Assembly: GCA_965221875.1 (NCBI GenBank)
Contig: OZ244920.1
Span: 489,164-553,163, forward strand
Reading direction: 5' to 3'
Source of the DNA: Thermodesulfobacteriota bacterium
Lineage (GTDB): Bacteria > Desulfobacterota_D > UBA1144 > Nemesobacterales > Nemesobacteraceae
Length of the DNA stretch: 64,000 bases
Shown: in pieces, positions 41,357 to 50,967 of the stretch
How the letters are laid out: each line of letters begins with the position of its first letter
How positions within the stretch are numbered: position 1 is the first letter of the stretch
Program-made: the position numbers and the translations under genes
The notes under the pieces: model-generated
The model's database searches: none
What the model was told of the DNA's origin: nothing
Seen by the model: only the letters and a program-made list of their open reading frames with translations

Positions 41357-41824
41357 GTGCCCATGAACGTTAGAAGAGTGCTGCTCGTTTTAGTTGTTTT
41401 CCTTCTTGTTGCTCCCCCGGCTTGGAGCAACGGGGAAATCTCCGTTAAGGACCCGTGGGTAAGGCGAAATCCCCCCGGGACTTCCGTAACCGCGGCCTAC
41501 ATGGTTATCGAGAATCCCTCTTCGGCGGGAGACGAACTTGTGGAGGCGGGCTGCAGCTGCTCCGCTTCGGCCTCGATTCACGTTACGGAGATGAGGGAAG
41601 ATTCGATGGCAATGAAGAAGGTCGCTTCCATTGAGGTTCCGGCGGGTACGTCGGTCGCCCTCTCGCCGGGAGGCTATCACTTGATGCTCGAAGGCCTCTC
41701 GGGCGACATGAAGGAAAGCGTGATTCTGGAGTTAAAGTTCCGCTCGGGCACGCGGATATCGGTTACGGCGCCTGTCCTCGATCCCCCGGAGGCAAGCCGC
41801 CGAAGCCACCACCACCATCACTAG
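41357..41824 (+). CDS. copper chaperone PCu(A)C (DUF461) with natural C-terminal His-rich tail
   Basis: 155 aa; signal peptide; H..M..M metal-binding pattern; ends SRRSHHHHH; no gap after the SCO gene. Confidence 0.7.
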   Translation: MPMNVRRVLLVLVVFLLVAPPAWSNGEISVKDPWVRRNPPGTSVTAAYMVIENPSSAGDELVEAGCSCSASASIHVTEMREDSMAMKKVASIEVPAGTSVALSPGGYHLMLEGLSGDMKESVILELKFRSGTRISVTAPVLDPPEASRRSHHHHH

Positions 41825-42237
41825 GATTTAGTGACTTGTGAGGGGCCGGGAACCTGGCCTTTATCCTTTGGGCTTTTCTGTGGGGGGCTTTTCATTTCGC
41901 ACTTCGCCCTCATGATTCCTCCGGCCTCGGTTATCAGGGTCTCGATCAGGACTTCTCCGGTTATTTCCCCCGTGCTTTTGATCTCGAGCGCCTCGGCATC
42001 TATCTTTCCGGTTACTTTTCCGAATATGATGACCTCTCTGGCGTTTATGTCCCCGGTCACCGAACCGTTAGGACCCACCACGATTGAACTGGTGACTTTT
42101 ATGTCTCCCTTGAGCTCGCCTTCAACCTTCATCGATCCCTCGCACGAGATGATTCCCTCGAACACCACGCCTTCGCCCAGAACCGTTTCCACGGCACCCG
42201 GGTTACCGCTTTTGTTCTTCTGCTTGCTGTTGTACAT
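41821..42237 (-). CDS. bactofilin
   Basis: 138 aa; beta-helical DUF583 repeats (VEGELKGDIKVTSSIVVGPNGSVTGDINAREVIIFGKVTGKIDA). Confidence 0.75.
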   Translation of the reverse strand: MYNSKQKNKSGNPGAVETVLGEGVVFEGIISCEGSMKVEGELKGDIKVTSSIVVGPNGSVTGDINAREVIIFGKVTGKIDAEALEIKSTGEITGEVLIETLITEAGGIMRAKCEMKSPPQKSPKDKGQVPGPSQVTKS

Positions 42238-42249
42238 GCGGGGTTTCCC

Positions 42250-43092
42250 TTATCTTACGTATTTTTCAGGGTTGATCCTTCTTCCGTGCCTTATTATCTC
42301 GTAGTGAAGATGCGGCCCGGTCGAGCGGCCCGTTGATCCTACTTCCCCTATCTTCTCTCCCGCTACGACCTTCTGGCCCTTGGTGACGCTTATCTTGGAG
42401 AGATGTCCGTAGAGAGTCTTGTAACCTTTTTTGTGCCTGATAATAACGTGCTTTCCGTAGCCCTTATCGTACTTGGCCTTCTCAACCACCCCGTCCGCCG
42501 TCGCCGCGGCCGCGTCTCCTATCTTTCCCCTGAAATCTATTCCGCCATGGAACTCCCTGGCCTCCGAGAAGGGAGATTTCCTGTAGCCGTAGCGCGAGGA
42601 GATTCCTCCCCGGGTGGGCTTTCCGAGAGGAATGAAGTCCAGGACCTTGGCGAGGCGGTCTATGTCCTTCTCCACCGCGTCAAAGTAATCGTGACCGATA
42701 TCGCTTGTCCGGAAGCCGCTCCCTCCCGCGGGGAGAGTTCTTCTCCGCTTTTTCTCAGAGAGCGTCCTCTCCATGGAGGCAAGTTTTTTCTCGAGACGAA
42801 GGACCCTTTTTATGAACCTGTCCTCAAGTTTCTTGTCCCCGATTATGTCATGCGACATCGCCTCGACGGCGCTCAGCAGTTCGTCTATCTCGGCCTGCTT
42901 CTGCGCCCGGATATCCTGCGCGTCCCCGTAGAACTTGTATGAGAGAAAGAAGGAGAGAAGCGCGCCCAGCACGAAAACCCCAAGGGCGCCCAGCAGCAGC
43001 TGAAACCGTTCCCTGCCTATGCCCCAAGACCTGGTCCAGCCGAACTTGTTACAGCATACTATGAATGATAACCCGTCGTTTCTTTTCTCCAC
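42250..43092 (-). CDS. M23 family (LytM) metallopeptidase with N-terminal TM anchor and coiled coil
   Basis: HGGIDF..., GYGKHVIIRHK.GYKTLYGHL, STGRSTGPHLHYEI motifs. Confidence 0.8.
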   Translation of the reverse strand: MEKRNDGLSFIVCCNKFGWTRSWGIGRERFQLLLGALGVFVLGALLSFFLSYKFYGDAQDIRAQKQAEIDELLSAVEAMSHDIIGDKKLEDRFIKRVLRLEKKLASMERTLSEKKRRRTLPAGGSGFRTSDIGHDYFDAVEKDIDRLAKVLDFIPLGKPTRGGISSRYGYRKSPFSEAREFHGGIDFRGKIGDAAAATADGVVEKAKYDKGYGKHVIIRHKKGYKTLYGHLSKISVTKGQKVVAGEKIGEVGSTGRSTGPHLHYEIIRHGRRINPEKYVR

Positions 43093-43214
43093 CCTTCACC
43101 CCGCTGCCGCCCGGTAGCGGCTCAATATAACGTGAATGCTAAGTAAGAATAATTGATAAAAGCCCCTTGTCAAAGAAATAGCAAGTGATCGCAGCACCTT
43201 GTAGCGGGGAACTT

Positions 43215-44036
43215 TCACTTGCCCGAATAGCCCGAGATCCTCGCGAGCTGCTCGAGGCTCTTTACCCCCTCGTGGAACTCTCCGCCGATTTCCCAGGTAG
43301 GGTAGCTCTTTATGTTCTTGGCCGCGCAGAGGTCGGGGTCGGGGTCGGGACCGCTTCGGCTGCACTCGACGTAGGTTATGTAGCCGAATGCCCCACCGAA
43401 AAGCTCCTTCTGCTTCTCGCAGTGAACGCAGGTGTATGAGCCGTACATGGTCGCTCCGCGCTCCGAGAGGTATTTCGCAAGGCTTACCTGGTAGAAGGTG
43501 GCCGCGGACGGCGGGTCCTCCTGCGGGGCGGGGGAATGAATGGAGTAAGACGCGGCAAACACCAGGACAAACAGGGCCGCCGCTACGCCGAAAGACCTTA
43601 TGACGCCGCCGGTTGTTTGAGAGGCCGCCAGCAGAAACAGCGCTACCGCGATTGCGGCCGAGGCGACGCACCATGAGCAAAACGCCTCTATTATGAAAAG
43701 TTCGAGGTAGGTCAGGTAGGCTGAAAAACCGACGGCCGCAGCCGATAGCCAGAAAAGAAGGTTCCACCTTGTCCGCCGCCCAAGGCGCGAGACGGAAACG
43801 GCAGCCATGGCCGCGTATCCCAAAACTCCGAGCAGCGAGACCGGAATGCCTCCGATGCTCGAGTACCGGCTCTCCCTCACCATGTCGCAGCCCTTGCCCG
43901 TGAGGCAGAGCTCCGTGCCCCCGAGCACGAAATCAGCCACAAGCAGGTATCCCGATACGAGCGTTCCAAGCGCGCAAAGAACGAATGCCGCTCCCGCATG
44001 ATTGCCGAGAAAGCTCTTTTTCCGTCTCATAGTCAT
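43215..44036 (-). CDS. vitamin K epoxide reductase (VKOR) fused to a thioredoxin-like domain
   Basis: 273 aa; TM core with CSWC; C-terminal CVHC thioredoxin-type motif. Confidence 0.75.
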   Translation of the reverse strand: MTMRRKKSFLGNHAGAAFVLCALGTLVSGYLLVADFVLGGTELCLTGKGCDMVRESRYSSIGGIPVSLLGVLGYAAMAAVSVSRLGRRTRWNLLFWLSAAAVGFSAYLTYLELFIIEAFCSWCVASAAIAVALFLLAASQTTGGVIRSFGVAAALFVLVFAASYSIHSPAPQEDPPSAATFYQVSLAKYLSERGATMYGSYTCVHCEKQKELFGGAFGYITYVECSRSGPDPDPDLCAAKNIKSYPTWEIGGEFHEGVKSLEQLARISGYSGK

Positions 44037-44207
44037 CCCGACCGGTATTATACAGATTATCCGCGGGTTTTAGAAACCTCCTTCCCCGCAACTTTAAGGC
44101 CGTGTTAACGGTTTTTAAAAGGGCGATTAAAAAACGCAAAACCTTCGGTTTACCCCTTGTTTTTTGCGCGCCATGCGGTTTTTATTTTATACAGGGTTTC
44201 TGGAAAG

Positions 44208-44834
44208 ATGATCAACAACGACAACATAGCTCAAAAGATAACGTTTCCGCGCCCCGCCGAGGGCGGCAGGACCACGGGCGTGGCGAACTTCGTCTCCACC
44301 GTTTTCTCACCCCCGCTTGTGGTTTTCTACGCGGTGATTCTCTGCTCCTACTCGATCGACCACTCCTCCAAGTTCCTCTGGACCTCTTTTTTCGTGCTCC
44401 TCTTCGTGCTCGCCCCGACGGCCTATATCTTCTATCTCATGGGCCAGGGCAAGGTTACGGATTTCCACATGAGCGTGAGGGAGGAGCGTATAAGGCCCCT
44501 CAGCATTGTTTTCATCTACTCGGTATTCTCGCTTCTTGTCTACGGTTTCGTCGGCGGCCCGGGCGCCCTTGTAACCTTCGGCTATTCGTGCCTGGCGCTT
44601 ACGGGCTTCTGGATACTGGTATCGCTTTACTGGAAGATAAGCGGTCACTGCGCCGCCATGGGCGCGCTCGGGGCTATGGTGTTCGCTCATCCGCACGAAA
44701 CCTTGGTCTTCGTTATCCCTGTCCTTGTCCTGCTGGTCGCTTGGTCGAGGGTGAGGCTCGGGTGCCACAGCCCGGCTCAGACCCTGGCCGGACTGGTTCT
44801 CGGGGTCGCGGTCTTCTGGCTTTTCCTTTCCTGA
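44208..44834 (+). CDS. PAP2-superfamily membrane phosphatase
   Basis: ISGH and SRVRLGCHSP (SR-x5-H) PAP2 motifs; six hydrophobic segments; probable start MINNDN. Confidence 0.6.
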   Translation: MINNDNIAQKITFPRPAEGGRTTGVANFVSTVFSPPLVVFYAVILCSYSIDHSSKFLWTSFFVLLFVLAPTAYIFYLMGQGKVTDFHMSVREERIRPLSIVFIYSVFSLLVYGFVGGPGALVTFGYSCLALTGFWILVSLYWKISGHCAAMGALGAMVFAHPHETLVFVIPVLVLLVAWSRVRLGCHSPAQTLAGLVLGVAVFWLFLS

Positions 44835-44857
44835 TTTTCCCCACGGGGGCTCTTTTC

Positions 44858-45931
44858 TCACAGAAAAAGATCAAGAAGCCCTTTCTGCTCGGCGTCTTCA
44901 ATGGGGGAACCGGTCGGATGTCCGTATTCCTCTTCGCCCCCGTAGCGCTCGGCAAGGGCGAGAATGGTTTCCGATATGTCGGGAACGACATCCCTGTAGG
45001 ACTCGGGCTTGGCCCGGGGAAGTGATACCCATCTCTCAAGTATGCTGTCGAAATCCCCGCCCACCTTGTGGAGCACCTCAAATCCCATCTCCTCAAGCGC
45101 CACCGCGTTGCATTCCTGCTCGTACTGCCCCTTCATCGGCACCGCAAGCAGCTTCTTGCCGAGGAAAAGGGCCTCGGAGGGCGTCTCGAACCCGGCGTTT
45201 GTGAGTATGCCCTCGCTTCCGGTGAAGCTTTCTATGAACTTCTCGTAGCTTACCGGGTACACGGTGACGTTTCCTTCGGTGTAGGGCTCTCCCTTGTAGT
45301 GTTTTGAGAAAAGTTCCCAGCGCACGTCGATTTTCCCGAGGTGACCGATCAGTTTCCTCTCGTCGAAGCTCGGGAGGTAGACCGTGTAGTGGCCGTTTCG
45401 GCGCACTTCGTAGCGGCGAAGCTCCTTTCTTATTATGGGGGTTTTTATGAAGTTGTCGTACTCGCGGAAATGAAGCCCGAGCGGTATGCACACCGGGGCG
45501 TACCACTTTATTATGAATTCCATTATCTTGTTCGGCTTCCCGGGCCTCGGGGTCTTGGGCGAGGCGAACGAGGTCTGGTGGGAGAGAGAGACGCAGGGCC
45601 TTTTCTTGAGGCGGCACGCCCACGAGGATATGGGCTCGAAGTCGCTTATCACCATGTCGTAGTCCCCGACAGGAAGATCGTTAACGTCGGCAAGCAGCTT
45701 GTCGAAGCGGGCCTTCTTTATGGAGGCGTAATAGTCGATTCCGCCGTTTTTCCCGAAAACGAACCCGAGTCCCCGCAGGTTGTACTTCACCTCGAAGCCG
45801 AGATCTATCTCGTGCTGGCGCTCGCTTACCAGTATGTCGATCTCGGCCGACTTTCGAAGCTCGGCTATCACGTCTTTTGAGCGGCTTATGTGGCCGTTTC
45901 CGGTTCCCTGTATGGCGTAGAGTATCTTCAA
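44858..45931 (-). CDS. glycosyltransferase (GT1/GT28-like, MJ1255/TIGR00661-type)
   Basis: 357 aa; N-terminal MKILYAIQGTGNGHISRS glycine-rich motif; C-terminal Rossmann-like region. Confidence 0.55.
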   Translation of the reverse strand: MKILYAIQGTGNGHISRSKDVIAELRKSAEIDILVSERQHEIDLGFEVKYNLRGLGFVFGKNGGIDYYASIKKARFDKLLADVNDLPVGDYDMVISDFEPISSWACRLKKRPCVSLSHQTSFASPKTPRPGKPNKIMEFIIKWYAPVCIPLGLHFREYDNFIKTPIIRKELRRYEVRRNGHYTVYLPSFDERKLIGHLGKIDVRWELFSKHYKGEPYTEGNVTVYPVSYEKFIESFTGSEGILTNAGFETPSEALFLGKKLLAVPMKGQYEQECNAVALEEMGFEVLHKVGGDFDSILERWVSLPRAKPESYRDVVPDISETILALAERYGGEEEYGHPTGSPIEDAEQKGLLDLFL

Positions 45932-46212
45932 ACCCTCTTCTCCTCGTGCGTAGCGTAATTCTAAACAGTTTTGCGGGCGTTGTTAAACATATCCCCGGGC
46001 GCTGATTATTCCCGGTCTTCGTCAAAGCGGCGCAAAGTGTCTGTTAAGGGGCGGTTAACGGTTTCCTGTGGCCTGTTGCCGGAAAAATTTTCCCAATGTT
46101 CATCACCTTGCCGCTGGTGTCCTAAGACCTTGAATCTAGCGTGAAATTGGGTAACCTGCTATCTGTTCCGAAAAGCTTAGGGTGTGTCCAGAAAACAAGG
46201 GAGAAATTAAAT

Positions 46213-46428
46213 ATGCAAACTTTTGTCTTTGAGGCAAACTGGGATGATGAGGCAAAGGTATGGTGGATTTCAAAAACTCCTATACCGGGGTTAGTAACTG
46301 AAGCTTCGACCTTAGATGAACTGTACCGCAAACTTTCTATAATGATTCCCGAGATGCTTGAAACGGAGAACACCAAGAATCCGTTACCGATCAAAGTAAC
46401 TTCATTCAGAGAATGCGCAACGGTCTAG
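46213..46428 (+). CDS. hicB: HicB-family antitoxin
   Basis: MQTFVFEANWDDEAKVWWISKTPIPGLVTEASTLDELYRKLSIMIPEML - UPF0150/HicB N-domain pattern. Confidence 0.55.
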   Translation: MQTFVFEANWDDEAKVWWISKTPIPGLVTEASTLDELYRKLSIMIPEMLETENTKNPLPIKVTSFRECATV

Positions 46429-46622
46429 CCGTGGCGGATTTCGCTCCAAAAGTAAGGAAGATTCTTAAGGAAAACGGATATTTCTACCATGGTCCGGGGA
46501 AGGGAGACCATGAGAAATGGAGGAACAATGCTGGGAAGCAAGTTATTGTTGATGGGAAAATTCGTTCCCGCCACACCGCAAACGAAATTCTTAAACAAGC
46601 GGGATTGAAAAAAGCTTTCTAG
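46413..46622 (+). CDS. hicA: HicA-family toxin (mRNA interferase)
   Basis: ..VRKILKENGYFYHGPGKGDHEKWRN..TANEILKQAGLKK; overlaps hicB end. Confidence 0.65.
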   Translation: MRNGLAVADFAPKVRKILKENGYFYHGPGKGDHEKWRNNAGKQVIVDGKIRSRHTANEILKQAGLKKAF

Positions 46623-46787
46623 CGAGGCTTAGGAGATTGCAGTTCCAGATAAGAAGCCCGCTGAAACACGAAATCCCCGACATATCGCAGTTGGAGATTG
46701 AGGATGTATTCTTGGGAGTTCCTCCCGAGGGAGAAAAATCATCATTTACGAAGACGGGGAGAAAGCGAAAGGCAGGAGGTAACGGCA

Positions 46788-47090
46788 ATGGCTAGGGAAC
46801 CTATTCACCCCGGTGAGTTTCTTATTGACGAACTTAGGGAAATCAGCGTGACGCCGACGGAGCTGTCACATCGTATCGGTGTGCCGCCAAATCGCATTTC
46901 CCAGATCATTCGCGGGAAGCGGGATATAACGGTTGATACCGCCTTGCGGCTTGGACAGTTTTTCGGTACCACGCCCGAACTCTGGATCAATCTGCAAAGA
47001 GATTATGATCTTGACAAGGTGAGGGCTGAATCATTGCCGGAGATTCAAAAGATTCGCCGCTGGCAACCTGAAACCGGTTCGCATGGATAA
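46788..47090 (+). CDS. higA: HigA-family antitoxin (XRE HTH), apparently orphan
   Basis: MAREPIHPGEFLIDELREISVTPTELSHRIGVPPNRISQIIRGKRDITVDTALRLGQFF; RBS aggagg. Confidence 0.65.
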   Translation: MAREPIHPGEFLIDELREISVTPTELSHRIGVPPNRISQIIRGKRDITVDTALRLGQFFGTTPELWINLQRDYDLDKVRAESLPEIQKIRRWQPETGSHG

Positions 47091-47359
47091 TTTGCCTCGG
47101 GGCGGATATTCACCGGGTTATAGCCGGCTGCGTTCAACAAAGAGCGGTTTCTTTATGTGCCCGCTTTTGCTCTCGGACTACGTGACATGGACATGATTCT
47201 TCCAATACCAAGATGTCATAGCTGTTTCCTCGGAATTCATCCAGCCTCATGCTTGCGGGGCTATGTGGATAACCGGGGGTTTCCGAGCTTGAATAGATGA
47301 CTTCTTCAAGTTAACCTAAACGCTTCATTAGCACCCATCTATTCCTTGGAGGACCTTAC

Positions 47360-48526
47360 ATGGAAATCAAATGGGCAAAGAGGATCGAGGAACTTCCCCC
47401 CTATCTTTTCGCCGAGATCGACAGGAAAAAAAACGAGCTTGTCGAGCGCGGGGTCGACGTGATCGACCTTGGGGTGGGCGATCCGGACATACCGACGCCG
47501 GATCACATAGTGGAATCGCTTCGCGAGGCGGCCGGGAATCCGGAGCACCACCGCTACCCGTCCTACGTGGGCATGCTGTCTTTTCGGGAAGCGGCTGCCG
47601 AGTGGTACGCAGAGCGCTTCGGGGTAAGCCTCGACCCCGCAAAGCAGGTAGTGACCCTCATAGGCTCCAAGGAAGGCGTAGCCCACGCGCCTTTAGCGTT
47701 TGTTGACCCGGGAGACGTGGTGCTCGTGCCAGACCCCGGATACCCCGTGTACCCGGTCTCGACCACGTTTGCCGGAGGGGTTCCCTACGCTATGCCGCTT
47801 CTTAAGGAAAACGATTTTCTCCCGGACCTTGACGCCATTCCCGCTGAGGTGGCCAAGCGGGCCGTCATGATGTTTCTTAACTATCCGAACAATCCGACGA
47901 CGGTTCTCGCCGACGAGAGGTTCTTTGGGGAAGTGGTCGATTTCGCCCGGGAAAACGAGATACTCATCTGCCACGACGCCGCCTACACGGAGATAGCGTT
48001 TTACGGAAAAAATCCCCTGAGCTTCCTCGAGATACCGGGGGCGACAGATGTGGGAATCGAGTTCCACTCGCTTTCAAAGACCTTCAGCATGACCGGGTGG
48101 CGCCTGGCCTTTGCCGCGGGGAACGAGAGGGCAATAGCGGGTTTGGGGAAAATAAAGACGAACATAGACTCGGGGGTTTTCCAGGCGGTCCAGGAGGCGG
48201 GCATAACGGCGCTTCGCAACAGTTCCGTCGGGCTTGAGGAGAGAAAGGAAGTCTACAGGGAGCGCCTCGAGATATTCTGCCGCGGCCTTCGGGAAGCGGG
48301 CATAAGCTATACGCAGCCCGATGCTACCTTCTACGTGTGGTTCGAGGTTCCCGAGGGTATGACATCTTCAGAGTTCTCGGAGAGAATGCTCACCGAAGCC
48401 GGAGTGGTCGTAACTCCCGGAAACGGTTTCGGGGACTGCGGAGAGGGGTACGCCAGGGTGTCGGTGACGTTTGACACGCAGAGGATAGAGCAGGCGGCCG
48501 AGAGGATAGCTAAGTTCAAGCCGTAG
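47360..48526 (+). CDS. dapL: class I/II aminotransferase, LL-diaminopimelate aminotransferase (DapL)-like
   Basis: 388 aa; RIEELPPYLFAEIDRKK N-terminal motif; PLP lysine region SLSKTFSMTGWR. Confidence 0.65.
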   Translation: MEIKWAKRIEELPPYLFAEIDRKKNELVERGVDVIDLGVGDPDIPTPDHIVESLREAAGNPEHHRYPSYVGMLSFREAAAEWYAERFGVSLDPAKQVVTLIGSKEGVAHAPLAFVDPGDVVLVPDPGYPVYPVSTTFAGGVPYAMPLLKENDFLPDLDAIPAEVAKRAVMMFLNYPNNPTTVLADERFFGEVVDFARENEILICHDAAYTEIAFYGKNPLSFLEIPGATDVGIEFHSLSKTFSMTGWRLAFAAGNERAIAGLGKIKTNIDSGVFQAVQEAGITALRNSSVGLEERKEVYRERLEIFCRGLREAGISYTQPDATFYVWFEVPEGMTSSEFSERMLTEAGVVVTPGNGFGDCGEGYARVSVTFDTQRIEQAAERIAKFKP

Positions 48527-48563
48527 GGACGGCCGGGTCTTTAGAGATAAGAGGTTTTGAGAG

Positions 48564-50024
48564 TTGTTTGAATTCATAAAGTACTTCTGCACCCTGCTTT
48601 ACATTATCTCCTCTGCTTTTCTCTGCATATTCGGCCTTCATCGCTACTACCTGGTACATCTTTACTCGAGGACAAAGGCGCGCCGCGTTGCGGCCCCGCA
48701 GGAACAGGGCCCCCTTCCGCGCGTCACGGTGCAGCTCCCCGTCTATAACGAGATGTACGTGACGGAGAGGCTCATACGCGCGGTCTGCGCGATCGACTAC
48801 CCGAGGGACCTGCTCGAGGTGCAGGTGCTTGACGACTCAACAGACGACACAAGCCGCATAGCGGCGGGCTGCACCGAGGAGCTCCGGGCCGCGGGGTTCG
48901 ATATAAAGCATATCTGGAGGGGGAACCGCGAGGGGTACAAGGCGGGGGCGCTTGCCGCGGGCTGCGCACAGGCAAGCGGAGAGTTCCTTGCGGTTTTCGA
49001 CGCGGACTTCGTTCCCCCCAGGGATTTTCTCCGAAGGACCGTGCCGTGCTTCGAAGATCCAGAGGTCGGAATAGTACAGACCAGGTGGGGGCACCTTAAC
49101 CGCGACTACTCCCTTCTGACCAAGGCCCAGTCGGTGCTTCTTGATGGACATTTTGTGGTGGAACAGGCCGCACGGCACTCAAACGGACTTTTTCTTAACT
49201 TCAACGGCACCGCCGGGGTGATCCGCAAGAAATGCATAGAACAGAGCGGGGGATGGCAGCACGACACCCTGACCGAGGATCTCGATCTGAGCTACAGGGC
49301 GCAGATAAACGGGTGGCGCGCGGTCTACCTGCCCGACGTCATATCGGACGCCGAGCTTCCCGTTGACATGAACGCCTTTAAGATACAGCAGCACAGATGG
49401 GTTAAGGGGGGGATCCAGACGGCGGGGAAGCTTCTGCCCTCGGTACTTGGTGACTCCCAGGTTCCGTTTAAGGTCAAGGCAGAGAGCATTTTCCACCTCC
49501 TCGGCAATTTCAGCTACCTGTTTCTGCTCGCCACGATAATTCTCATAATACCCATGAATTTCCTCTGGGAGCGGATCTGGCTTAACGACTTTTTCATAGC
49601 GAGCGTCACAGGGGTGGCGCTTGGCACTTTCGCCATAATAAGGTTCTACATACTGGCCGTAAGCGAGGCCCATGGCTCCCGGGCCCGGGAGTTCTACAAG
49701 TACATACCCGTTGCGCTAAGCGTCGGGGCGGGCATAGCGGTTAACAACGCCAAGGCCGTGCTTGAGGCGGTTCTGGGCAGGACGTCTGGTTTTGCGAGAA
49801 CGCCCAAGTACGCCGTCGTGGGCAGGAAGGACCGGTGGAGAACCTCGGCGTACGTTTCCTCAAAAGGGGTTACCACCTTTTTAGAGGTCATCCTCTCGGT
49901 TTTCTTCACGTTCCAGGTGGCGTACGTCCTCTACATGGGATTTTTCATCTGGGTTCCCTTCCTGCTGCTTATGCAGTTCGGTTTCACGTACACCGCTTTT
50001 CTCTCGATATATCACGGTTCCTGA
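48564..50024 (+). CDS. family 2 glycosyltransferase, processive membrane-embedded type (cellulose-synthase-like)
   Basis: N-terminal TM; DDS..DAD..TED..QHRWVKGG (QxxRW) motifs; C-terminal TM helices. Confidence 0.75.
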   Translation: MFEFIKYFCTLLYIISSAFLCIFGLHRYYLVHLYSRTKARRVAAPQEQGPLPRVTVQLPVYNEMYVTERLIRAVCAIDYPRDLLEVQVLDDSTDDTSRIAAGCTEELRAAGFDIKHIWRGNREGYKAGALAAGCAQASGEFLAVFDADFVPPRDFLRRTVPCFEDPEVGIVQTRWGHLNRDYSLLTKAQSVLLDGHFVVEQAARHSNGLFLNFNGTAGVIRKKCIEQSGGWQHDTLTEDLDLSYRAQINGWRAVYLPDVISDAELPVDMNAFKIQQHRWVKGGIQTAGKLLPSVLGDSQVPFKVKAESIFHLLGNFSYLFLLATIILIIPMNFLWERIWLNDFFIASVTGVALGTFAIIRFYILAVSEAHGSRAREFYKYIPVALSVGAGIAVNNAKAVLEAVLGRTSGFARTPKYAVVGRKDRWRTSAYVSSKGVTTFLEVILSVFFTFQVAYVLYMGFFIWVPFLLLMQFGFTYTAFLSIYHGS

Positions 50025-50187
50025 GAGGCTTTCGCCTCGCTTCGGGATAATAATTTTTTTAACTTTTCACAGTTTCCGAATTTCCGATGGGTTTCTTACG
50101 TTAAAAAAGCATGTATATACTCTTGACATATCCCGGCAGCCGGCTATTATGTATATATCTTAAGTATATCCTTATTTGGAGGCAGAG

Positions 50188-50418
50188 ATGGAAAGGGTGA
50201 AAGTCTTTAAGAACAATAAAAGCCAGGCGGTACGGCTTCCCAAGCCGGTTTCTTTGCCGGATACCGTAAAGGAAGTGGATATTATCCGTCTTGGACGTTC
50301 CCGCTTGATCACTCCGGCTGGAGAGGCATGGGACAGCTGGTTTGAGGGGGACGGTGTTACGGATGATTTCATGAATGAGCGTGATCAGACCGGGAGTCAG
50401 GAGAGGGAACCGTTCTGA
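50188..50418 (+). CDS. vapB: VapB antitoxin (AbrB/MazE-fold)
   Basis: MERVKVFKNNKSQAVRLPKPVSLPDTVKEVDIIRLG.. typical VapB. Confidence 0.7.
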   Translation: MERVKVFKNNKSQAVRLPKPVSLPDTVKEVDIIRLGRSRLITPAGEAWDSWFEGDGVTDDFMNERDQTGSQEREPF

Positions 50419-50819
50419 TGCTGAGGTACATGCTGGACACCAATATAGTTATCTACACTATAAAGAATAAGCCTGAGAAAATAAAAAGGGAGTTTGTCGC
50501 TCATTACGGGCAGGTATGCATATCAACCATCACCTTGATGGAGCTTGTTTATGGAGCCGAAAAGTCTGCAAACCCCAGACGCAATCTGGATGATATAGAG
50601 GGGTTTGTTGCCAGATTGGACGTGCTGTCCTATGATTACGCCGCGGCGCTTCATTCCGGTGAAATCAGGGCGGAGTTAGCCGGATCGGGCACGCCGATCG
50701 GGCATTATGACCTGATGATTGCCGGGCACGCCAGATCGCTCGGGCACATTCTGGTGACCAATAACACCCGGGAATTCAAGCGCGTGGCCGGTTTGCGCCT
50801 GGATGACTGGAGCAAATAG
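50418..50819 (+). CDS. vapC: VapC PIN-domain ribonuclease toxin
   Basis: MLRYMLDTNIVIY.. PIN domain with conserved acidic residues; start overlaps vapB stop. Confidence 0.8.
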   Translation: MLRYMLDTNIVIYTIKNKPEKIKREFVAHYGQVCISTITLMELVYGAEKSANPRRNLDDIEGFVARLDVLSYDYAAALHSGEIRAELAGSGTPIGHYDLMIAGHARSLGHILVTNNTREFKRVAGLRLDDWSK

Positions 50820-50967
50820 GCTTCTTTGTCTTCGTGGAGAGTCAGAGATCAGGCCAGCAGGCCGAAATTTCGAGGAATCGACGAATCTCTAAGGCGACAC
50901 TAATCCGACAAATCGGTTTTTCTTGTCTTGCCGGACTTCGATACGGTGGCAAGGTAATTAATTGATT

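Noticed and set aside
41797-41824. C-terminal HHHHH on PCuAC resembling a cloning-vector His-tag
   Set aside because: Native chromosomal context with no vector sequence. His-rich tails are common in copper-handling proteins
43096-43767. 223-aa minus-strand ORF
   Set aside because: Overlaps the VKOR gene in another frame on the same strand. VKOR has clear TM/CxxC features, while this ORF is Arg/Pro-rich junk
45093-45623. 176-aa minus-strand ORF rich in Arg/Pro/His
   Set aside because: Lies within the glycosyltransferase gene region in another frame; compositional artefact of GC-rich DNA
46622-46787. Possible higB toxin remnant upstream of higA
   Set aside because: Translations in all frames lack RelE/HigB features; insufficient evidence
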